Positions 24,101-36,100 of a stretch of DNA of 64,000 nucleotides are shown in pieces; position 1 is the stretch's first letter; each line of letters begins with the position of its first letter. Source of the DNA: Bugula neritina (taxonomy: Eukaryota; Animalia; Bryozoa); assembly GCA_964035545.1 (NCBI GenBank), contig OZ037767.1, positions 20,972,628-21,036,627 of the forward strand, written 5' to 3'. The notes beneath the pieces are model-generated. The model ran no database searches, was not told where the DNA came from, and saw only the letters and a list, made by a program, of their open reading frames with translations. The translations under genes and the position numbers were made by a program.

Positions 24101-27100
24101 TTTTCATGGTTACATAGTGCTACATATACTGAATGTGATGCCAACTTTAGAATGATACCCCAGACAGAAATACGCTGACATTCAGGGACGGGGAAAGAAT
24201 CATAGACTACGTTCTCGCCTACTCTGAGTCATCCGAAGCTGACCAGAATGCTAAGCGAGACTCCTTCCACAAGGCGCTGAAGGAAGAAGGTTTACAGCTG
24301 GAGATAGAAGACAAGATGGTAAATATTCCCTTCAGTCTCTTCACAACTACTATTCAGATTTTAACTCTGTGGGCATATAGGGAAGAGTTGTTTCCCCTTT
24401 TATCTTAAGTTGGCATTAATACCTCATCACATGTGGTAAGATTTTAGCAAGGATGTGGACACAAACTGGTAACATTAGGGTAGAATAGGGGAATAAACAC
24501 TTTTGTACGGATGGATACATTAATTCAATTACGACTAAATTGCGTGGTGAAGCAATATTCACTAGGTTTAAGTAGTTGAGTTATTTCTTCCCCTCACTAC
24601 AGCTAATTTTGTCCAGCAAAAGTTTTGCTCACCTTGTGTGAAGTATGTTTGAGTTTGTAGGTATTTTATTGAACTATTACTTGTGGTGCTAGAATTATAA
24701 TTATTTGGCAAATACCAGGAATGTCCAAAGAGTGATTAATTCCTAGCGTTTAGGAGTTATATTCCCTCAGCCATTATATGATTTTCCCCTCCCCCATGTG
24801 TATTCTAATACCTTAAGTTACAGCCTCTCTTAGTTTTATATGGGCTTGAATTGCACATTTTTGTGATATTTTCTTAACATTGTTAATTATCTACTCTTTG
24901 CTCAGTTCTTGACTATTTAATGTCTATGATATGAATTGTACTTTTTTTTACTCTTTTTCATTTGTATAAATCCATGTGTTAATTCCATAATTAATTTAAA
25001 CAGCTATTTATATTTTTATTTAAACTCAGTTTTTAACCAGAATATTGTATTCTATTGCTTTATATTATATTATATTGTATTTTGTTATACTGGAATATAT
25101 TTTACTATATTAGGTACATTATGTGTATTGTAATGTATTATATTGTATATTTTACTGTATTATATTGCATTATACTGTATATTATTATATTATATTGCAT
25201 TATGCTGTATATTATTATATTATATTGTATTATACTGTATATTTTTATATTATATTGTATTATACTGTATATTATTATATTATATTGCATTATGCTGTAT
25301 ATTATTATATTATATTGCATTATACTGTATATTATTATATTATATTGTATTATACTGTATATTTTTATATTATATTGTATTATACTGTATATTATTATAT
25401 TATATTGCATTATACTGTATATTTTTATATTATATTGTATTATACTGTATATTATTATTATATTATATTGTATTTTAGTATTCTCAAGATCTCCAGACGT
25501 ATTTCTGTAAAGTTCATATGCCCTGGAAGATGTGTTTGGAGTATGCAGAGCTGTTCAAGATCAAAATGCCTATACAGGTAAGTCTAGTTACTTTTTATAC
25601 AGGTAAGTCTAGTTACTTTCTATACAGGTAAGATTGTTACTCTCTATACAGGTAAGTCTAGTTACTTTCTATACAGGTAAGTCCCTCTAATCAGAACATG
25701 TACTGCACTGTGTTTGTTGGGCCCCCTTGTTAAATTTATATGTACAATGTTGGTATTCTAACAGTGTCTAATTTCTGTATACTAAACTTAGTGTGTTTAT
25801 TGGCTGGTTTACTATCAACAGTGTGCTCATTGGCTGGTTTACTATCAACAGTGTGCTCATTGGCTGGTTTACTATCAGCAGTGTGCTCATTGGCTGCTTT
25901 ACTATCAGCAGTGTGCTCATTGGCTGGTTTACTATCAGCAGCTATTACCTTTACCTACTGCTGCCGCTACTTCAACAATTTATTTGTAGAAAAATGATGT
26001 TGATGAGCCAATGACTGCCCAGTGCTGCACCCCGTTTGCCATGTGCAGACCAAACGTAGAAGAAGAAGAGGACTATTTCACTTCTCCCTTCTATAAGGAC
26101 GGGACGTAAGTAGAACCCCCTACCTTATGGCATATTATTTCATGAACCTTTTGTAGTAATTCATAACATTGTAGTATTTAAAGTTTTCTGAAGCAAATTC
26201 AGTTTTTCAAATAAACTGTTGAAGTCAAACTAACGGATCGGCTACTTTTTTGCTCATTTATTTAATTAGAAAGTTCAATCGTAATCGGGGATTATTCCTT
26301 AAATCAACTTTGACCTCTGCAGATTTGTTCTATGGCTCTTTAAAGTATTCATACAAACTGCCATCTAGTGGCTCTAGCGGCTACCAGCCTACTAACCACC
26401 AGACGGTGTGCTTAACCTAAGTGAAACCAGCACCTCCCTAGGGCTGTCTAATCACTCTTGTAGAGTATTATGTTACTCAGTTTCATCTGATATAATACAT
26501 TCTTGTAAAAACACCGTATATGCTTTATTCTGGTTCTGTGATATTAGATTTTTATAATTTTGTGTTGAGAATGTGTTAAGCCTAAGACTTATTCTATCTA
26601 CTGAACTCTAAAGTAAAAGTTCTACATTGCATGAGGGCAAACATTTTGCAAATAATATGATCCGTATTACTTATAACTACATGATGCAATTGCTCTCCTA
26701 TAAGAAGAACTTTTTTGTGGTGCACACATCTTTGTGTTTAGAAATTTCCAATATTTTTAATTGAACTAACAACGGCACCAAAACATTATACTTTATCTCA
26801 ATTGGCATTTTATTAGTAAGTTTTCCTGCAGATAATATCATGTTTAAAGATGTCTACATTATTATGTGATGTAAATTTTCTCGGTAATAACTCAGATTGT
26901 GCTGATGCTTTAACAGGGACCTGTAAGTGTGGAACCTTAAGCACTGCAACTGTAAGACTGTCAGTAGATTTTACGTTCTTGTAAATAGATATTGTGAAGA
27001 TGGTTTCAGCTACAGCCCACACTCTGAACATTCATATATAATGAGTTATGCTTTATTCAGCTTGGATCTCTGATAAAATAATAAAAAAATTAACTTGGCA

Positions 27101-30100
27101 GACAAAAAAGATTAGTCATTGCCGGTATTTTTTCAACTGGTGAAGTGTTTTTATCTGTTGACTACATGTTGAAACTGTGACTCATCTTTTTGAAGCAACT
27201 GTAGATTGTGGGATAACTTGTCTCTTTTAAAGTATCTATGATTGTGGGCCCCATAAGTAGCTGAAAGTATCTTTAATCTACCAACTCTTCGTCCTTCCTC
27301 CCCTTCTCAGTTTGAATTCAGACCAATCATCTTCACTCTATGGCTATTCTTGCTTCCACTTCATACATTGCTAGCAATGCTCTACCATGTGTCTGCATGA
27401 TTATACCTAGACTAGATGCATGTTGTCCTGCATTGTGTACTTTTTATCTATACACCAGGGATTTAATTTCTTCAAACAAAATATTTTGCTGAAACTGTAT
27501 TTTATTTGTCTAGGAATATTCATGCCATACAATTTCAAATAACTAAATGTATGCTGTGTTGAAATATCCTTTCTAATTTTACTAATGGTTTATGGAGATT
27601 TTAACCCATTCTTTTCTTGCCAATTTAGACCTTGCTTTACACTGCTTTTTGCTCATCATATCTATCCCTTTCTATAGCTGGTACTAGTGTTTACTGGCTA
27701 CTGTTTTAATTCAGTTATTTTCAGCATTAATTTTTTGATTTTAATTTTATTTTTATAATTTCTCTAGCTTTTACTCTGTTATGGATAAACTCACAACGAA
27801 AGCTGACAGTTACTCTGATTTGGTAGTTACGCTCAGCTTCCTTGCTTTAGATGCTTTTTCTGTATGAGAACTCAACATCAGCATATATTATTTAGACGAC
27901 AGGCTAACTTACGTACAAGAACATTATTATTGGGCTACACATGTGTGCACTGTGATCGCAGCTGAGCAGTTACCCAATGCTGATAAATGTCATAAAAATT
28001 GGAATAATCAGTGAAATAATTAACCCTTATTAATATTTGTGTCCAAAATTGATTTGGAATTATATTCCCCCCTATAATCTTTAAAAATTATTAAACTTAA
28101 CTAAAAGCTTTCAAGGACGTGTAGCTTCAAAAGAATATTTTATAAATAATAAAACACATCATTTTAATATACAATAAAATGTACACGCAGTTATAAATAA
28201 TTTGTAAGATATTTTTTGAAAAAAAAAGATTGAGAATATATATTAGTAGCTCATTTTATTTTATCTTACAAAACACACGACATTAATAAATAATTTAGTA
28301 AACTTTTTTTCAAACCTAGTTTTGTACTAACTTATTGTTTCATTTCTGAAAAGAGAAAACGTATTATGTTTCATCTCACAAAAACTTCTTTATTTTCAAA
28401 CTATAAGTCAAGTTACCCCTAAAAATAACATTGTATTGATGTGTCGTTTGTTGCTGGTAACATTATGGTTTTGTGATGATTCCAGTTTCATAGACTATCA
28501 AGGTCCTGACGTACCTCAGCCTAATTTCTTCACTCCAGCTCAGAGAAGTAGGATGGTACATGAGGTACTGTTGAGGACACGCTATGGTGATGAACAACAA
28601 CAGTTTGGTAGGAACCTCAATCTACAATTCAGCTCAAATAACTTCTCAAAATGTATTTAATATACAGCATTTTAAATTTGCATTACCCTGTTCTTTTTAA
28701 AAGGAAATTCTCTCATCTTGTCCAATAAATTGTATAAAATCATCTGTGAGATAAAGGTTTTTCATCATGTGGTCTTAATAACGAGGTGCACAGTCTATGA
28801 TAACTGCACTGCATGGCTATATGGCAGCTGATAGAGCACCTGTATGTCATGCCGATATTACAGCTACTTGTTAGTGCTGTTGTCTGCATGTCATCATCTC
28901 TTTAAAATAAGATAAACTCAACTCTGCTATTTAATAGCCACTCAGTTAGAACAACATGTCTTGCTAATAGTTTATTCAGTATCCAAAGGCCAATGGATTA
29001 AGTTGAAACATTAGATTAAGAAACTCCAGTCCATGTATTCATGTGATCCCCATTTTCCATCATGTAGGGTGCTTCTTATAACACCAGGTAAAGTTTTAAG
29101 TTTCTTAATATTTTTATTTGATGCTTATAAGTTTTAGATTTTATTGTTTATTGTTCAACAGTTTTGATTTCATTTTATGTTTCCTATTTGAGAGTCTTCA
29201 CTCCGTCACTTTCAGATATCACTGTTAGTCACTCTAGCTTCTGTGTGTCACCTTTCAGGTATCAAAAGACTCGTGTCGCAAGGTGTCTACACCTCTTTCT
29301 TCCCCCTTCACTCTGGTTCTTATAAGTTTGAGAAACTCGGTGTTGACAGAATTGAGAACAAAAGACAGGAATTGTTTTATGAATGGGCGAGACCTGGCGC
29401 TTTCATGAAGGAGCAGCCGTATGATGCTATCCGGTGAATGTTGTGTTGCACTATATCATATTATATTATACTATACTGTATTATATTACACTATACTGTA
29501 TTATATTACAATATACTGTATTATATTACACTATACTGTATTATATTACACTATACTGTATTATATTACACTATGCTATATTATATTACACTATACTGTA
29601 TTATATTACACTCTACTATATTATATAGCACTATACTATATTATATTACACTATTCTCTATTATATTTACTATACTGAAAAATGTTACAATGTGTAGTAT
29701 TATGTTGCATTATATTTTATTTTATCACACTATAATGTATTATATTACGCTATACTGTATATTACTTTATACCATATTATATTACACTCTAATGTATTAT
29801 ATTACCGATGCTGATTTGTTATTTAATGAGCCACTATATTGTTCCCAGGGAATATTTTGGTGAGAAAGTCGCCATATACTTCAGCTGGCTAGGGTTCTAC
29901 ACCCTTATGCTGGTGCCAGCCTCCATTGTTGGTCTCATAGTCTTCATCTATGGCCTGGCCACCATGTACACAGACCCAACGAGCAATGAAATATGCGGGA
30001 AAGATGGCCACCTCATCATGTGCCCACAATGTGACGAGCTCTGCACCTACTGGAGGCTCAACACTTCCTGTCTCTACAGTCGGGTCAGTTTCCTCGATCT

Positions 30101-33100
30101 CTTCTCTTTCCGTCTTTCCATCTCTTATGTCCATTTATGTTCTCAGATCAACTCGCCGTTTACATGCCATCAATATTTTTCTGTCTGTCACATATGTCTA
30201 TCATCTCTATGTTTCTGCATATCATCTCTTTTCACCTCCATTTCTACCCTTACCCTCCTTTTGCCGTTTTTACAAAATTTATTTATATCGGTTGTTTTTT
30301 CAATATTTTTTACAATCATATTTTCCTGCTCCTTCCACAGCACGCCTACTGTGTCCCATAGAACTGAGCCAACATTTACTGCTTAACTTTGTAGGTCACA
30401 TACACTGTTGATAACCCTGCAACGATATTCTTCACTATATTCATGGCACTGTGGGCAACTTTCTTCATGGAGTTTTGGAAACGGCAACAGGCTCGTATCC
30501 AGTATGACTGGGATGTGGCCGACTATGAAGAGGCAGAGGTGAGTGCTATGACGTCACGTAATGCCACAGTAGCATCATAAGATGTCACTGTGACGTTGTG
30601 TGATACCACTGTGATGTCACGCAACATCACAGTGACGTCATGTGCTGTTGCTGTGACATTGCATGATGTCACTGTGGTTTATATATCTTTTACTTTTTAA
30701 TTTCATGTAACATGAAGATTTAAGCCAATTAATACAGAATAACATGGTGTTCTGTGAATATTCTACAATATAAGGTGCTATAAATGCCATATATGTGTCA
30801 TTGGGTATATTATGTCTTTACGATATAGCTTAGTCTTCATATGTGGTTGAATATATTTTTCCAATGCATGATGATACATTATGATACGATGCACTTTATG
30901 ATACATTCTTTGAAAGGATTTTGCCCCACTGTAGAGTCTAGCTCTACTGTGCACATGACTCTGTTTTGAACAGATTGATTTTGCAGTTGAACTGCTGATT
31001 CATAAATAGTTTGAACATCTGTGTGAATTTGTAAAAATAATCATACCATTGAGTTCTGAATTTTAGATTTATAACATCTGTTGAGTATCTCTATTGCATC
31101 TAGTCTCAGGGAGTATTTGAGCCTGATGTTGGGATTTTATAGTAAGCCCTCAGAAAAGGTTGAATCACAGTCTATGTTTATCACAAGCTGACATTTTATG
31201 TATTGTATGTATTGCATGTTTCGTACTTTAGCAAAGCATGCGGCCAGAGTTTCAAGCTAATGCTAAGAATAAGAAGAAGAACCCAATTACTCATGACTAC
31301 GAGCCTTACATGACCATGTGGGAGAGAGGCCTCCGTATTATGTCCTCTCTTATGTTCATCTTCTTTTTGGTAAGCCTGTCATTTCTTGAGTTGATTGTGC
31401 ACATTTTCAGATGCGCTTTACTACTAGTGCCCTGTGTCTATTACTATAAATAAACTTATACTTTACTAGTGATACATGTGCTTTGACTTGCTGCAACTTT
31501 CTATCTTTGATTTTAGTTACTGGTGGTGCTGGCAGCCATTTTGGCCGTAATAATATACAGAATATTTGTGGTGGTGTTGATCTACAACAGCCGTGACCAG
31601 CTCATCAAGTCTCAAGCCAGTCTAATCACCACTGTCACTGCAGCCTGTCTGTCGGTTGTTGTCATCACTTTGCTCAACAAAGTTTATGAGAAGATAGCAG
31701 TCTTTCTCACAGACCGAGGTGAGTGATTTACAGACAGGGATGAGTCATCTATAACTCACATCTGCTCTGTATCACAGACAGTGATGAGTCATGTATAACT
31801 CACGTCTGCTCTGTATCACAGACAGGGATGAGTCATGTATAACTCACGTCTGCTCTGTATCACAGACAGTGATGAGTCATGTATAACTCACGTCTGCTCT
31901 GTATCACAGACAGGGATGAGTCATCTATAACTCACGTCTGCTCTGTATCACAGACAGGGATAAGTCATGTATAACTCACGTCTGCTCTGTATCACAGACG
32001 GGGATGAGTCATGTATAACTCACGTCTGCTCTGTATCACAGACGGGGATGAGTCATGTATAACTCACGTCTGCTCTGTATCACAGACAGGGATGAGTCAT
32101 GTACAGCTCACGTCTGCTGTTTTCGTCTCATCAACATAACCTCATTATTATGTAATACTTTTAGAGATGTGGAAGTATCAGACTGAGTGGGAAGATTCAT
32201 TTACTGTAAAGATGTACTTGTTCCAGTTTGCTAACTACTACGGCACCATCTTCTACATTGCATTCATCAAAGGCCGGTTAGTATTCTTGCTATCCCTATG
32301 GCGTTACTCGTTTGTATTCCTAGTAGTAAATATGTTGAATTATCTAATGTTTTGTAAATAACCGCCATAACTACTTGGTGCCATATATGTATATGAACGT
32401 GTTTATTTAAAACAGAGGTCCATGTGTTGTGTTCCTAAAATTAATTTTATCTTTGCTTTTAGATATCAATGAGGCCAGTCTCTTTGTTGTCTACTAATTG
32501 TTTTATTTTTATAAAAATAGCTTAGGTTCCATCGTCAACAGGATATATATTTGGAGCGTACAGATGGTCCCCTCTGATGCCGTAGGTCATCTTGTAGCAT
32601 GTAACACCTTTGCACACGCTACAAACTTCATTGCATAGTTTGCGGGAGTGAAATATGTGTATGTTAAGCTGTTCTGTTGATTTGATTGATAGGTTATATT
32701 TTATTGTCAAATAGTCTGGCTTCGTTTAGATTGGTTGATTTACAGGAAGATTTGATAACAAATTAAAATTGATTTCTACTATGAATTCTCTTCAAAGCCA
32801 AAGTGGTTTTAGTTCCATTGAAGTTAATAATGTTTAAGAAGATTTGTATATATTTAGATATAATTTACAAATTTACTGTCGATCATATTTAAATGGAGCA
32901 AGACTTATTGAAATGCGCTAAATGTTTGGAAAATTATTGCTATACTGTGAGCTGGAATCACACTGTAGATTCGTGTGTTTATAGTGCTCATTAATTTCGT
33001 ATTGACTCTTCACTATCCAGTGTGTTTCCAGCTTGCAGTTACCAACAGCTATGTGTCTTACAGCTTATTGTATACAGATATTCAGTCTATTATGGAGTGA

Positions 33101-36100
33101 GTCATCCATCCGCTTTCTGCCTTGAAAGGTGCTGCCGTTGTGCTGCTGCTCGGCTACTGTAATGTCATATTTTAGGCTGATCAGAAAATCTAACTGAAAA
33201 TATTCGGTTACTAAAATGACTCGCTGTTGCAGACTAAAGAACTATTTCATAAAAATGCATTCTTTTATTCTGTGAGACTTTATGTATATACATTGCCTTT
33301 CTCTAAAGGTAATGGGGACAAGTGTGTGATGGTGTATTGAATAAAATCGTATCTAAGGTTATCTGCCTAGATGAATATGCATTTGAGTAGAACTTGCATA
33401 CTTTCCATTGCCAAGTTCTGTTTTACACCCAAAACTGCTTCATCTTGTCTAATTAACGGTTGACTCAATCATTGCTGTTGATGTGCCCTCTTCTTGCTAC
33501 AGAATGCAGGGGTCTCCACTGCGCTACACCAAGTTGGCAGGCAGACGACTGGAAGAGGTTTGTCTCATGTCTAGACTAAGTTCTATATATAAGTGTTATC
33601 CGTTACTTTAACCCTTTATGGGTTGAAACTTGATTGGCTACTCACCACTGCTCTCTCCTATTAAAATTAGTCTTTCATGTTCTGGTTCTTTCTCAGTCAC
33701 TCAAAGTCATTCAAACTAAAAACATTCAGTCAGTGATTTGCTGCTTTGTAAACTCACTCCTAGTTGGAAGAGCTCGTACTCTGACATGACTCGCTTCTAT
33801 AGGATCTACTGTCATGAAAAGGATTCAAATTTAGTTAATGGAACGTCTCTTTTGATTGGGTCTACCTCTTTCTTTCTGTGTTCTCAGTGTTGCCCTATTT
33901 GAAAGATGTTTCATGTTTTCTATACATGTACACTAACCTGTCATATTCTACAGCTGCAGAGTTTCTAACCAACGGGAAACCTCCTGGACAGACAGTCAAT
34001 TTCTACTAACTACAAACATTCTACTCGCATGTATTTATATTTGTGGGCTTGGCGTGTTTAACCTGTCCTTGAATAGTGCTGCGTGTAACTAACTGTGTGC
34101 TCTATTTATGTACAGAATCATTGGCTATCCAGGCGACTATATCCGCCCTTTCTACTATCGGAATGAGGAGGTTTGTTTGGTGTCGCTATGCATGACTGTA
34201 CCTTCAGTCTGCAACTTTAACTCAACCGCTTTTTGCACCGTGCTTGGCCAGTCTTCGATGTCTTTGCTTGTTTATTTAAAGTTAAATTAACAGATATGAC
34301 AAGTTTAAATTGGGTGTTACTATACATTGTATATATTTATGCTGGGAACAGTGGGTATATCTAGAGACTTATTGAAGTCGAATTAATGCATAGCTCATTG
34401 GCTAGACCTCCTCCTGTTTCTCATCTTTGTAGTTGTTACTATTCATGTATAGTGTATGTACTTTCCACCACCCTAACTGTAACCTCTGTATGCTGTTGTC
34501 ATCTAAGATTTCTAGTTGTTCATCATCATACTTCATAGTGATAGCTCAGTACTCCCACTGACAGTACAGTACTACTCACACCGACACTACAGTACTACTC
34601 TCACACTGACAGTATAGTACTACTCTCACACTGACACTACAGTACTACTCTCCCACTGACAGTATAGTACTACTCTCACACTGACACTACAGTACTACTC
34701 TCCCACTGACAGTACAGTACTACTCACACCGACACTACAGTACTACTCTCACACTGACAGTATAGTACTACTCTCACACTGACACTACAGTACTACTCTC
34801 CCACTGACAGTATAGTACTACTCTCACACTGACACTACAGTACTACTCTCCCACTGACAGTACAGTACTACTCACACTGACACTATAGTACTGCTCACAC
34901 TGAAACTACAGTACTACTCTTACTGACAGTACAGTACTACTCACACACTGACACTACAGTACTACTCAGTACTCACACTAACACTACAGTACTCCTCACA
35001 CTGACACTACAGTACTACTCACACTGACACTACAGTACTACTCTCCCACTGACAGTATAGTACTACTCACACACTGACACTACAGTACTACTCACACACT
35101 GACACTACAGTACTACTCACACACTGACACTACAGTACTACTCACACTGACACTACAGTACTACTCACACTGACAGTACGACACCACTGGCATTTGTATT
35201 CACCATACTTCATGCAGCTTGATGCAAAGTGTAATAATGCCTTACTATCTTCTACGACCGATCAAGTTCACCCCAGCTTCATGTCACTCTATGTTTACCT
35301 CAGCACCTTTCTGGCTTGACATTGCCTTTTTAATAATTGAAGCATATTCAGAGTTAAATAATCTTAACATATCTATAAAATATATTTCTTCGGTGCAAGC
35401 ATGCTCTATGCACTTTTACTTAATCAATGTTTTACCATAAAATGCAATAACAAAGCTACCAAAACTTAGTAATTAAATATCTGATAGATAGCTGTAACAC
35501 TTTACTGTAAATTTAGCATCTTTTACAAAACTATATTTAACTTTTTGCTAATTTGAGTTTTTACTTTTGCCATAAAATTTGTTCTAAAATTCTGACTTGT
35601 GTGATTTCGTTGGCTTGTATTGGTTTGCTGGTGCTTGCAGTGCGATCCATCTGGCTGTCTGACTGAGCTGGCTATACAACTCGCCATTGTTATGGTGGGT
35701 AAACAAGCCCTCAACAACTTTAAGGAAATAGTCATACCGTGAGTATAATATATCACTACACACAGTATAGTATCTCTCTACACACAGTATAATATCGCTC
35801 TACACACAGTATAATATCTCTCTACACACAGTCTACACTCTCTGCTATAATTATATTATTATTTTCTTTAAAGCAGTTTGCTACTATTTCTATATATAAT
35901 TCTCGTGCATTTTTGTGGTCTTTTTTTGCAAACTACTGTTGGAGGCTGTATTAACCTCGTATTTCTACTTTCATAAAATTTTGCTGTTGCTAATAATTAC
36001 TGAAACTTCTAGCATTGTCTCAGTTTCCTATACCTGCCAGAGATTTGTTAGATGCAGTTGAAAATGTTAAACAATGTGAAGCAAAAGATCCTTACTTTCA

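Noticed and set aside
24936-25581. Overlapping Ile/Leu/Tyr/Cys-rich ORFs (also 29421-29863, 53503-53809, 43194-43412)
   Set aside because: Translations of AT-rich mini- and microsatellites; open in several frames.
31729-32118. CRISPR-like regular repeat (also 34548-35178)
   Set aside because: Head-to-tail units without unique spacers, eukaryotic context and no cas genes.
33064-33096. Possible extra exon ending at GGA|GTGAGT (and an acceptor-like site near 33953)
   Set aside because: No similarity to the loop consensus; better explained as part of the docking site, though not excluded without RNA data.
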